A DNA stretch of 46,074 nucleotides, taken from contig JAWLEM010000002.1 in the NCBI GenBank assembly GCA_041686115.1, positions 1 through 46,074 on the forward strand, in the 5' to 3' direction. The stretch's first letter is position 1. Every line of letters starts with the position of its first letter. The DNA comes from Bacteroidales bacterium (GTDB lineage: Bacteria > Bacteroidota > Bacteroidia > Bacteroidales > UBA12077). Shown in pieces: positions 26,040 through 34,838 of the stretch. Under the pieces are notes generated by a model. That model ran no database searches. It saw nothing but the letters and a program-made list of their open reading frames with translations, and was not told where the DNA came from. The position numbers and the translations under genes are program-made.

Positions 26040-27368
26040 ATGATGCATTGGGATCAATTGCTGTCTGCCAAAAGATTTGGGCTTGAAAATCGTGAATTTA
26101 CAAATACAGATGAAATACGGTCGCAGTTTCAGCGCGATTACGACCGGATTATTTTTTCATCGCCATTTCGGCGGTTACAAAATAAAACACAGGTTTTTCC
26201 CTTGCCCGGAAGTGTATTTGTACATAACCGGCTTACCCACAGTCTGGAAGTTGCCAGTGTAGGACGTTCGTTGGCTAATCTGGTAGCACAGGAGTTAAAA
26301 CAAAGGGATGATATTAAACACAAAGAAATTTTAAGTGAGCTGGGATCCATTGTATCTGCTGCCTGCCTGGCGCACGACATGGGAAATCCGCCATTTGGCC
26401 ATGCCGGCGAGGAAGCCATATCCAAATATTTTGCCGAAGGAAACGGGAAAAAGATAAAAGCTGCAGTTACACCCGAAGAGTGGAGTGATCTTACAAATTT
26501 CGAAGGCAATGCCAATGCTTTGCGGCTTTTAACCAATCAATTTACAGGCCGTAGAAAAGGAGGTTTTGCACTTACCTACTCTACACTGGCGGCATTAATT
26601 AAATATCCCTATGGTACCGATGCCGGCAAAAAGAAATTTGGTTATTTTCAGGCCGAAAAGGAAACTTTTTTAAAAATTGCCTGTGAGCTGGGTTTGAAAA
26701 AAGTGAATGATTCGCCCCTTGTATTTGCCCGCCATCCTTTGGTTTTTCTTGTCGAAGCCGCCGATGATATTTGCTACGAAATTATGGATATTGAAGATGC
26801 CCATAAGCTGAAAATTATTGATACACAAACTACATTTAACCTTTTGCAGGGATTTTTTGACCCTGATGAGGATAAGGATTTTTATAACCTGAAAAATGAA
26901 ATTTTTAAAGAAGTAACCGATGTAAATGAGCAGGTAGCGTACCTGAGGGCTTCGGTCATTAATCGTTTAATCAACGAAACAGCCGGGGTTTTTATCCATC
27001 ATCATCATGAAATTTTAGATGGGAATTTTAATCAAAGCCTGATAAAAGGATTGCAGGGGAAAACCAAAAATGCGTTCGAGATTTGTAAAAGCCTGGCCAT
27101 TAAAGAAATTTATAAGCACCGGTCGGTGGTAAAAATTGAGCTTACTGGTTTTAATGTACTCGGAACGCTGTTAGATGAGTTTATGACTGCCATTTTAAAT
27201 CCTGAAAGCAGTTATTCAGAGAAAATTTTATCGGTTTTACCTTCTCAGTTTTCTGTCGAAGGGCATAATTTTTACAAAAAAGCAATGTCCGTCGTAGATT
27301 TTGTTTCCGGCATGACCGATTTGTATGCCGTTGATTTATATAAAGATATCAGGGGAATTAATCTGTAA
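26040..27368 (+). CDS. dgt: dGTP triphosphohydrolase (HD-domain dNTPase)
   Basis: It has FQRDYDRIIFSSPFRRLQNKTQVF, RLTHSLEVASVGR, AHDMGNPPFGHAGE and AADDICY. The start is set at MMHWDQ, because the ORF-track extension overlaps the cupin gene. Confidence 0.9.
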   Translation: MMHWDQLLSAKRFGLENREFTNTDEIRSQFQRDYDRIIFSSPFRRLQNKTQVFPLPGSVFVHNRLTHSLEVASVGRSLANLVAQELKQRDDIKHKEILSELGSIVSAACLAHDMGNPPFGHAGEEAISKYFAEGNGKKIKAAVTPEEWSDLTNFEGNANALRLLTNQFTGRRKGGFALTYSTLAALIKYPYGTDAGKKKFGYFQAEKETFLKIACELGLKKVNDSPLVFARHPLVFLVEAADDICYEIMDIEDAHKLKIIDTQTTFNLLQGFFDPDEDKDFYNLKNEIFKEVTDVNEQVAYLRASVINRLINETAGVFIHHHHEILDGNFNQSLIKGLQGKTKNAFEICKSLAIKEIYKHRSVVKIELTGFNVLGTLLDEFMTAILNPESSYSEKILSVLPSQFSVEGHNFYKKAMSVVDFVSGMTDLYAVDLYKDIRGINL

Positions 27369-27379
27369 AACAAAAAGTG

Positions 27380-28435
27380 ATGAGTCATTTCGGGATATCC
27401 CAAAAAATTGGACAAATACCCGGTAGTTTAGTTTATACCGGCAAAAAGGAAGATGCTCAAAAAGCTGTTCGGATCATACAGTTTAATGAACAGGATGTAT
27501 TGATCAACCAGGAGCTGTCGCCTGATGAAATCATCAAAAGCATAAAGGAACCACATGTCAACTGGATTCATTTTTTTAGCCTAAACCAGGTTGAATCGAT
27601 TGAAAAAACGGGTAATTTTTTTGATATCCATAACCTGATGCTCGAAGATGTGCTCAATGTTGACCATCTCCCCAAGGTTGAGTTTTCAGAAAAGCACGTG
27701 TTTTTTACGCTTAAAATACTTACCATTAACCCGGAAGATCAACTGGAAGCTGAGCATGCCAGTTTTATTCTGGGCGATCATTATTTAATCAGTTTTAAAG
27801 AACAGCGGGCGGAGTTGTTAAAGCCTGTAACCGAGCGGATTTTAAAAAACATTGGAAAAGTAAGAAAAAAAGGTGCTGATTATTTGTTTTACCTGATGGC
27901 CGATACCATTGTGGATCATTACCTGGTAATGGTAGAAAAATTTAGCCAAAGGATTGATGAACTTGAAGATTTATTAATTGATTATCCGGATAAAAACCAG
28001 ATTGGTGAAATACATGATCTCAAAAAGAATATTTTAACGGCACGAAAGTATATCATTCATTTGCGCGAAGCCATCATTAACCTTATAAAAGAAGAGCCTG
28101 CCCAAATTGAAGAAGATAACTACAAGTACTGGCAGGATTTGCTCGATCATGTAAAATTTGTATACGAATCGATGGAAACTTTTCGGGAGGATCAAAAATC
28201 GCTGGTAGAGCTGAACCACTCGAACATGAACAACAGCCTAAACCAGGTAATGAAAACCCTTACCATTATTGCCACTATTTTTATTCCGTTAACGTTTGTT
28301 GCCGGAATTTACGGAATGAACTTTGAAAACATGCCCGAACTGAGTTGGAAATATGGCTATACTGCTGTTTGGGGTATCATGATTGTCCTTACGGGTTTAA
28401 TGATTTGGTATATGAAACGAAAACGGTGGTTTTAG
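27380..28435 (+). CDS. corA: CorA magnesium/cobalt transporter
   Basis: It has the YGMNFENMPE (GMN) motif between two C-terminal TM helices and a basic C-terminus (KRKRWF). Confidence 0.9.
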   Translation: MSHFGISQKIGQIPGSLVYTGKKEDAQKAVRIIQFNEQDVLINQELSPDEIIKSIKEPHVNWIHFFSLNQVESIEKTGNFFDIHNLMLEDVLNVDHLPKVEFSEKHVFFTLKILTINPEDQLEAEHASFILGDHYLISFKEQRAELLKPVTERILKNIGKVRKKGADYLFYLMADTIVDHYLVMVEKFSQRIDELEDLLIDYPDKNQIGEIHDLKKNILTARKYIIHLREAIINLIKEEPAQIEEDNYKYWQDLLDHVKFVYESMETFREDQKSLVELNHSNMNNSLNQVMKTLTIIATIFIPLTFVAGIYGMNFENMPELSWKYGYTAVWGIMIVLTGLMIWYMKRKRWF

Positions 28436-28533
28436 CATCTTTTTGGGATTAAAAGTTAATATTAATTATTTAAAAGAACCATAAACCTGCCTTCAAACAA
28501 TGTGGCGCTATGGTTAATGAAAATATATTTTTT

Positions 28534-28708
28534 ACCACAGAGTATACACAGAGTATGACACAGAGTCCCACTGAGTTTGTTTGTAAACCAGCCAATCTGC
28601 CTTCGTCTTTCAGACTTCTAACTATTACTTACTTCTTACTATTTACTACTTTCTACTTGTATCCTGCCTCCTGGCACTGGTTACTGCCGCTGGTTACTGC
28701 CACTACCT
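28534..28708. repeat. Low-complexity intergenic repeat block: 3x ACACAGAGT(A/C) then TTACT/CTACT-periodic tract with tandem (G)CTGGTTACTGCC x2
   Basis: ACCACAGAGTATACACAGAGTATGACACAGAGTCCCACTGAG and CTGGTTACTGCCGCTGGTTACTGCC can be read directly. The 66-aa ORF here is low-complexity. Confidence 0.7.
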
Positions 28709-28804
28709 AATTTATTCCTTATCTCATTGAACATTTTTTACCCGCCTCTGTTAATTAGTTAACAAATAATTTAGAATAATTCTAATTAATATAATAATAA
28801 CACT

Positions 28805-29266
28805 ATGCTTATCAATACTAGTTATACAAGAAAATTAGATGTTCGTATCAGGGCTTGGATGCGAGAAAAAGCTCCTATATTTTTACGTTGGAGTGTAGGA
28901 ATTATTTTTCTTTGGTTCGGGGCGCTTAAATTTTTTCAGGGCGCCAGCCCTGCAGAAATACTAGCCATAGAAACCATCAATTTACTTACATTCGGATGGT
29001 TTTCCGATGTTTTTATAATTAATGGTCTTGCTCTATGGGAAGTTATTGTTGGTATTGGATTAATTACGGGATTATTTCTAAGAGAAATTATTCTTCTGCT
29101 TTTCCTTCAGATGCTGGGCACCTTAACGCCTATTTTCCTGTTTCCGAATGAAGTTTTTGTACAGGTTCCTTTTGTTCTTACATTGGAAGGCCAGTATATT
29201 GTAAAAAACTTGGTACTCATGAGTGCGGGTGTAGCTATAGGAGGAACGCTGAAAGATCCAAAATAA
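28805..29266 (+). CDS. Small multi-pass membrane protein, DUF417/YkgB-like (DoxX-like fold)
   Basis: LRWSVGIIFLWFGALKFF plus three more TM helices and a C-terminal KNLVLMSAGVAIG resemble the YkgB/DUF417 layout. Confidence 0.5.
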   Translation: MLINTSYTRKLDVRIRAWMREKAPIFLRWSVGIIFLWFGALKFFQGASPAEILAIETINLLTFGWFSDVFIINGLALWEVIVGIGLITGLFLREIILLLFLQMLGTLTPIFLFPNEVFVQVPFVLTLEGQYIVKNLVLMSAGVAIGGTLKDPK

Positions 29267-29349
29267 TATCCTGGTTTATGTATTATTTTTTAAAAGTGTA
29301 GCTTAGGTGCTTTGCACATCCAATATTCTAACTTATTATACTAAAATGT

Positions 29350-29396
29350 CAACTACTTACTGCTGCTGCCTACTGCTGCTTCTATTGCCTGCCGCT
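29350..29396. repeat. Second CTACTGCTGC/TTACTGC low-complexity tract
   Basis: AACTACTTACTGCTGCTGCCTACTGCTGCTTCTATTGCCTGCCGC has the same periodic word family as 28621-28708 and lies on the other side of the DUF417-like gene. Confidence 0.6.
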
Positions 29397-29445
29397 TTCA
29401 ATTGACTTATAGCTAAATAAAAAACAGTGTTCCATTATTATTATT

Positions 29446-30462
29446 TTACTCACTCCTTACCACCGTCTTAGTAATATGGCTGTCCCCGGCAAAAATCCTG
29501 ATATGAAACATACCTAACTGCTCACCGATATCATCTTTTTTAATGATCTCGTTATAATATCCTGCTTTTTGATTTTTCCGGCTTATGGTATGCACTTTCC
29601 TTCCTGAATTATCGTAAATTTCTATAGTGATGTCAGAATCCACAGCCAGTTGATAATTAATTTTAAATTCATTTTCAAATGGGTTAGGATAAACTTTGGC
29701 TTGTATCGTTTCATCCCATAAAGGATTGTTTATTTCTTCAGCTTTTGGTTCTTTAATTTTTGAATAATAGGCTGTTCTTATGACCCTTTCGCCCGAGCTG
29801 GAGTGGGTTTTTATAATGGTTAACACCGGATAACGGATATTTTTTGCATACCATTTGTACGAAATGGTTCCGCAGTTGCATCCGCTGTTATTAAAGCATT
29901 GTTCTTTGTATGTTTTAATCCGCAACACATGATGATAAGTATTGTTGGGCAGAATTAGTGTGCCATATGCATCCGCTTCCAGTGTATAACTACCGGTAAA
30001 AGTTGCCTGATAATTATTGTTTCCTTCAACTGTTCCTGAAAAATCGCCTGAATAAATATCGCCGTAGCTAAACGGGAAAATCATTTTAACAAATGGTTTG
30101 TTGTACCTGGTAATGGTATTGTTTTTAGATACTGTTCCGTATTGCTCAATCATATTTGGCGATGTTCTGAAATAAAATTGGGTGTCGAACTCTTCTAATA
30201 CAGCATTTGCTTCAGGAATATCGAATGCATGGGGTGTTTTATCCGGTTGATACATATAGCTGGTTAGTTGCGATTGGGTTTCAAGCTCTGAAAAATCCCA
30301 AATTTGAGCCGGCCCCGACGGGCCTTCTTCAGTATTGTTGCAAATATTAAAATAGTGCTCATCTCCCGAGCGTAAAACATGTGTGTTATTTTGCATTACG
30401 AATTGAGCCTGTAGTGTTAATGCCATTAAGCTCAATAGTAGTATAAAGTAGATTTTTTTCAT
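29446..30462 (-). CDS. Secreted protein with T9SS (Por) C-terminal sorting domain
   Basis: It has a signal peptide from the internal Met (MKKIYFILLLSLMALTLQAQ). C-terminal VYPNPFENEFKINYQL...ITIEIYDNSGRKV is a type A T9SS CTD. Confidence 0.8.
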   Translation of the reverse strand: MKKIYFILLLSLMALTLQAQFVMQNNTHVLRSGDEHYFNICNNTEEGPSGPAQIWDFSELETQSQLTSYMYQPDKTPHAFDIPEANAVLEEFDTQFYFRTSPNMIEQYGTVSKNNTITRYNKPFVKMIFPFSYGDIYSGDFSGTVEGNNNYQATFTGSYTLEADAYGTLILPNNTYHHVLRIKTYKEQCFNNSGCNCGTISYKWYAKNIRYPVLTIIKTHSSSGERVIRTAYYSKIKEPKAEEINNPLWDETIQAKVYPNPFENEFKINYQLAVDSDITIEIYDNSGRKVHTISRKNQKAGYYNEIIKKDDIGEQLGMFHIRIFAGDSHITKTVVRSE

Positions 30463-30602
30463 ATTGCAAATCTTTAAAAAGGTTTGAAGATGATTAAGAT
30501 ACAAAAAATTGAGATCTATGTAAAGCGTTTTTACTCCAAAAATTCTTAATTTTATGAAAGCAGAAATGGACCTAAAAATTTATTTCTCTCAAAAAGCTTA
30601 TT

Positions 30603-31001
30603 ATGCTTATGCAGCCATTAACTAAAAAAAAATTACTTGCCGTTCTCTTGCTTCTTTTTTTGATTACGGTGGGATTTTATACAAAAATTTACTCGGGAGT
30701 TGGTCTTGAATGGGTAAACAATAAGCTGGGGGGAGTTTTTTATGAAGTGTTCTGGATTTTATTATTCTTTATTTTATTACCCGTTGTAAAACCAATAAAG
30801 ATTTCTGCCTGGGTTTTAATCATTACCTGTATGCTTGAGTTTTTGCAATTGCTCGACCATGAAATACTTGCAATTATTCGGGCTAATTTTTTCGGACAGG
30901 CCATTATAGGAAACTCATTTGCATGGAGCGATTTTCCTTATTATTTTGCAGGTTCCTTATTGGGTTTTCTCATGTTACGATTAATCAATAATTTTCGATG
31001 A
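30603..31001 (+). CDS. DUF2809-like membrane protein
   Basis: 132 aa, 4 TM helices, with the GGVFYEVFW and LEFLQL...GNSFAWSDFPYY pattern of DUF2809. Its stop overlaps the next ATG (ATGA). Confidence 0.6.
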   Translation: MLMQPLTKKKLLAVLLLLFLITVGFYTKIYSGVGLEWVNNKLGGVFYEVFWILLFFILLPVVKPIKISAWVLIITCMLEFLQLLDHEILAIIRANFFGQAIIGNSFAWSDFPYYFAGSLLGFLMLRLINNFR

Positions 31002-31873
31002 AAGAATCTGAAATTATAATTGTAGATTATATTCCTTCGCAGGTTTATTATTCTTTAATAAAGGAATCTGCAAAGTATGCTATTATTTCGATACCCTTTA
31101 CGATTAACCGGATGCATCTTGAAAATCTGGAAAAAAGAATTGAAAACATTGCTAAAGGGAAACTGGCTGAAAATTTGTTTGCTTATTATTGTTCTGAGAA
31201 CGGAATCGCTGCTGACTTTAATACACCATCAACCCCGTTTTATCAAACAGATCATCGCGATTTTTTGTTGGATGGTTATGAGTGGGACATTAAAAATAAT
31301 TTTATCCATCACGATGGAAATGTTTTACAAAGTATTAATTATACCGATTTACCTGCATTGGTTCCGGACCGGCACTCAAAAGATCAGTGGTCCAAACGCA
31401 ACGAAAAGATCTATGAATCAACCAAAGGTGTTCGGTTTTTATTTACCTTTTTAAAATCAACGGATAAAAAAAGCAGAGAACAGTTTTTATCCATTCGGTT
31501 AAGCCAACAGCAAATTGATTTTTTGCAACAGTTAGCCAATAAATATGGAGGAAATACTTTTAAAGAAAAACCTTTTAAAGAAAAATGGTTTTGGAGTAAG
31601 ATGAGTGCATTAAAAGATGAAAAGTTATCGCTTATAATTCGTGATTTTCCCAACTTAGTGATTGCCGGATATGCAGATGCTGAGCGGTGGAATTTTTTTA
31701 AACCTACCAACTCTCTCAATGATAATAATTTTCAGAATTACCAAAAACCTTTTTGGTACGAGAAAATAAGAAAGGGCGAAACTCAGCTTTTAAAATTTAT
31801 GGATGGAGTAATATGGACCCGAATTAAGAATGCAACACTGCCGGTTTCGATGTTGAAAGCTTTTAATTTTTAA
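30998..31873 (+). CDS. Hypothetical protein, candidate PD-(D/E)xK type II restriction endonuclease
   Basis: It is convergent with the DNA methyltransferase, 66 nt apart. A helix Glu (GKLAENLF) is followed by TDHRDFLLDGYEWDIKN, which gives D85/D88 ... E95-x-D97-x-K99. No other family recognised. Confidence 0.45.
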   Translation: MKESEIIIVDYIPSQVYYSLIKESAKYAIISIPFTINRMHLENLEKRIENIAKGKLAENLFAYYCSENGIAADFNTPSTPFYQTDHRDFLLDGYEWDIKNNFIHHDGNVLQSINYTDLPALVPDRHSKDQWSKRNEKIYESTKGVRFLFTFLKSTDKKSREQFLSIRLSQQQIDFLQQLANKYGGNTFKEKPFKEKWFWSKMSALKDEKLSLIIRDFPNLVIAGYADAERWNFFKPTNSLNDNNFQNYQKPFWYEKIRKGETQLLKFMDGVIWTRIKNATLPVSMLKAFNF

Positions 31874-31939
31874 TCGGATTACGTGGCCCGGAAAATTTTT
31901 CTAAAAGGCATATTTAAGATTGCTAATAGTCAAAACGCA

Positions 31940-33355
31940 TTATAATGGCTTTTGAAAAGTCAAACAATATTGATGGAATGTATTACTCACAAAGGTATTT
32001 CCATAACCATAGGGTGCAATTGAGATATCATCCTGCAACCAAAAGGTTTCTGGAAGTAAAATCATCTTTTCCTGTAGTTTCAGGGATAAATCCCATGCAA
32101 ATGGGTAGTTGCTTCCTTTTTTCTTGATGTTTTTTACCACAATAGTCATGTAACCACCCGGTTTCAGTAAATTGATCAAATTATAATAGATTTTGGTTAA
32201 ATCATTAAGAAAATCATGGTAATCGCTCATATTTCCGAGATCTTCTTTATTATCAGAATAGTTGACCTGCAACCCTTTTTTTATTCTTTTTGCCTGGTTT
32301 TCGGCGCCTTTCATGTTTAACATATCCCAATACGGAGGAGATGTAATGATATAATCAATCGACGGAAAATCTTTGGGTTTAATTTTTCGGGCATCTTTAC
32401 ACAGGATTTTGTATTCAGCAGTATTTGCATTTTCGGTTTTAAAGTGCTTACACCGCTCGTTGGCAATATCACAAAAGAAATCGCTTAATTCGGTGCCGTA
32501 ACCATTTCGGTTTAGCATCATGGCTGCAAGTTGTGTTGTTCCGGTGCCACTCATAGGATCGAAAACATTTTCGTCACCCTTTGTAAATGCTTTAATATGC
32601 ATTTCTGCCAAATCTTCGGGATATTTAGCAGGATGCAATATTTCATTCTTTTTACGTGGCTTGGGCTTTAAAATATACCACGATGGGAAAATATTAAATT
32701 CTTTTTTGTTGTTGATTTGTGTATTATGCTCGAAAAAAGGGAAAGTGTGATTGCTTATTTGATACTGGCTTTTTTCATCATTTCTGAAATACAGACTGTA
32801 AAAATGATTTTCTGATGTTTTAAAAAAGTCAATCCTTTCGTTTTTGTTTTCCTGTTCAAAACAACCAATTTTTTCATCTTTCAGACTGTAAAATGAGCTG
32901 ATTGTTTTGGCCAAATCCCAGGCTACCGGATAAAATTTATTGTTGTGATAAAGATTTGGAGTGTGGATGGATATAAATTTCCGGTGTGCAAGATTATTTT
33001 TTAAAGTAAAAATGAAATCCAAAACCTGCTTTTTGAGCTTTAAATAGTTATTGAAAGATGAATCTTCATGCAAAAAGTCTCTAAAATCGATTAAAACAAA
33101 TTGCAATACATCTTTTTTTGAAACCGTATCAGGAGTAAACAGGTTAAAGCTTAATTCCTTCTCAAGTTTTTGGATGGTTTTTAGTTTTTTGGCAGAGCCC
33201 CAAAATAAAAGATTGGGTTCTTTTTCTGCGTCATCGAATTTAATGAAAAACCGGATATTTTGTTTGTATAACGTTTCATCATCGGTGTATTTAAACCATG
33301 ATTTCTGGAAAGGCAGCCACTCTTTAGATGTAAGGTTGTTAAATCGGTTTTTCAT
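31940..33355 (-). CDS. DNA methyltransferase (N6-adenine or N4-cytosine, SPPY type) with large N-terminal extra domain
   Basis: HPAKYPEDLAEMHIKAFTKGDENVFDPMSGTGTT (motifs X and I, aa 241-274) precedes ITSPPYWDM (motif IV, aa 338-345) and LLKPGGYM. Confidence 0.85.
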   Translation of the reverse strand: MKNRFNNLTSKEWLPFQKSWFKYTDDETLYKQNIRFFIKFDDAEKEPNLLFWGSAKKLKTIQKLEKELSFNLFTPDTVSKKDVLQFVLIDFRDFLHEDSSFNNYLKLKKQVLDFIFTLKNNLAHRKFISIHTPNLYHNNKFYPVAWDLAKTISSFYSLKDEKIGCFEQENKNERIDFFKTSENHFYSLYFRNDEKSQYQISNHTFPFFEHNTQINNKKEFNIFPSWYILKPKPRKKNEILHPAKYPEDLAEMHIKAFTKGDENVFDPMSGTGTTQLAAMMLNRNGYGTELSDFFCDIANERCKHFKTENANTAEYKILCKDARKIKPKDFPSIDYIITSPPYWDMLNMKGAENQAKRIKKGLQVNYSDNKEDLGNMSDYHDFLNDLTKIYYNLINLLKPGGYMTIVVKNIKKKGSNYPFAWDLSLKLQEKMILLPETFWLQDDISIAPYGYGNTFVSNTFHQYCLTFQKPL

Positions 33356-33411
33356 TTTTTGTTGTTTGGATGGCTAAAATAATAAAAAATTAAGATTCCG
33401 GATCATTTAAA

Positions 33412-34512
33412 TCAATCAAAAGTCAGATGCTTGTAGCTGGATAAATCCAATGCTTTTTTACGATAATCCGACGATTTATCTGGGTCTTTATTCTTCCAGA
33501 TTCTCGATAATCCAAAGTACGCATACGAAATTCGTCCGTTGGCAAAAGGCAGGTATTTTTCCGACAGCCGAATGGCCGATAAATAATGTTGTTCTGCCTT
33601 GCTGTAATTTTTATGTTTTTTTTCTTCGAGTATTCCTTTGTAAATATTGGCCATCATCCTGAAAAAATCATTATAAAATTGATTCTTTTCCAGTTTTTCA
33701 ACTAGCTGTTCCGCCCTGTTATATCTTTCCAGCAAAAGCAATGTTCTTATTCTGTATGAAAGATATAGCGGGTTGTCGGGGTATTCATGGTGTAACTCGC
33801 GGGTATACCGGGCGCTTTTATGGTAGTTGCCTTCGAAATTAAGGCTGATAAAAACCAGGAATGATAATGACTCGGCATCTAAAAATATGCCATGTTTCCA
33901 TGTATATTCGAGTTGCTTAAATCCAAGCTCCCTGTCGCCTGAAGGAAAAAAAAATGCGATGGGTTTATAAGCAGGATGTTTTTCGGGATAAGCTTCGCGA
34001 TAATAGTTGTATAAACCGGTAGAGAAATTGAAATCTGTAAACTCGTCAGTTAAATCAAAGCCCTTTTTTGTTAGTTGGTAGGCTTTGCGAACATAAGGTC
34101 TAACTTCCGATGATTGATGATTGTCGGCATAGTATTGCATCAGCAATAATCTTGACATCAGGCTTATAAAACTGGCTTCGATATTGTTTTTGTCTTTTTC
34201 CAGCAAGGCATCTGCTTTATTTATGGCTTGACTTATCAAATCAACATACATTTGGTGGTAATCGCTTTGCGTGGTTACCGGAAAATGCTGCCAATAAATT
34301 TTTATGGAGTAAAATAGATCAGGAAGCGGATGTTCAGGATATTTTAATGATATTTCTTGGTAATACGAATCAAATTGATCAAACTGAAAATTATAAATCA
34401 TGTTCAATTGCTGCTCAATTTCACCAACAGCTTTTTGATCCGACAAAATATAGGGTTGGGAATATACATGGAGAGAAATAATGGCCAATAATGTAGCAAA
34501 AAATAATTTCAT
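33412..34512 (-). CDS. Secreted helical-repeat (TPR-like) protein of unknown function
   Basis: It has a signal peptide (LLAIISLHVYSQ) and an all-helical repeat-like sequence rich in Y/L/E. No specific family recognised. Confidence 0.5.
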   Translation of the reverse strand: MKLFFATLLAIISLHVYSQPYILSDQKAVGEIEQQLNMIYNFQFDQFDSYYQEISLKYPEHPLPDLFYSIKIYWQHFPVTTQSDYHQMYVDLISQAINKADALLEKDKNNIEASFISLMSRLLLMQYYADNHQSSEVRPYVRKAYQLTKKGFDLTDEFTDFNFSTGLYNYYREAYPEKHPAYKPIAFFFPSGDRELGFKQLEYTWKHGIFLDAESLSFLVFISLNFEGNYHKSARYTRELHHEYPDNPLYLSYRIRTLLLLERYNRAEQLVEKLEKNQFYNDFFRMMANIYKGILEEKKHKNYSKAEQHYLSAIRLSEKYLPFANGRISYAYFGLSRIWKNKDPDKSSDYRKKALDLSSYKHLTFD

Positions 34513-34565
34513 CTATTTTGAGCTGTTAATTTTAGAAGCTCAAAATTATAATTTCTTAATGAATT

Positions 34566-34619
34566 AAAAAAAAGGGGGTGTACGAAAATTCAATTAGCAC
34601 TAAATTTTCATGCAACCCC
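34566..34619 (-). terminator. Rho-independent terminator of the cupin-pirin-CDGSH operon
   Basis: On the minus strand: GGGGTTGCATGAAAATT...AATTTTCGTACACCCC, a long imperfect stem, followed by CTTTTTTTT. It lies 23 nt downstream of the stop at 34642. Confidence 0.7.
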
Positions 34620-34641
34620 GGTTTGTTGTTGTCAGGCTTGT

Positions 34642-34827
34642 TTAACCTTTAAATCCATTCTCTTTATGGGTTCCGTCGCAAAAAGGTTTGTTTTTCGATC
34701 CACCGCATCTGCATAGATAAGTGTTTTCTTCAGTAGCAATTACTTTCCCTTTACTGTCTTTTAATTCTATTTTACCATCAACAAATAATGGCCCGTCTTC
34801 AATTAAATTAATTTTTGTTTTGCTCAT
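34642..34827 (-). CDS. CDGSH iron-sulfur domain protein
   Basis: 61 aa with CRCGGSKNKPFCDGTH (the CDGSH-type 2Fe-2S motif). Confidence 0.85.
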   Translation of the reverse strand: MSKTKINLIEDGPLFVDGKIELKDSKGKVIATEENTYLCRCGGSKNKPFCDGTHKENGFKG

Positions 34828-34838
34828 ACTTTTGATTT

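Noticed and set aside
26040-27368. dGTPase as an anti-phage dNTP-depletion defence gene
   Set aside because: It has canonical full-length Dgt motifs, sits between a cupin gene and corA in a housekeeping-looking co-directional block and has no neighbouring defence or mobile genes.
28510-28710. 66-aa plus-strand ORF downstream of corA
   Set aside because: It is a translation of the ACACAGAGT and TTACT word repeats (TEYTQSMTQSPTEF..., LLFTTFYLY), so it is a low-complexity artefact.
31077-31719. 125-aa plus-strand and 102-aa minus-strand ORFs inside the candidate endonuclease gene
   Set aside because: They are alternative-frame or antisense ORFs embedded in a longer ORF that has a proper ATG and coupling to the upstream stop. 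They show no family features.
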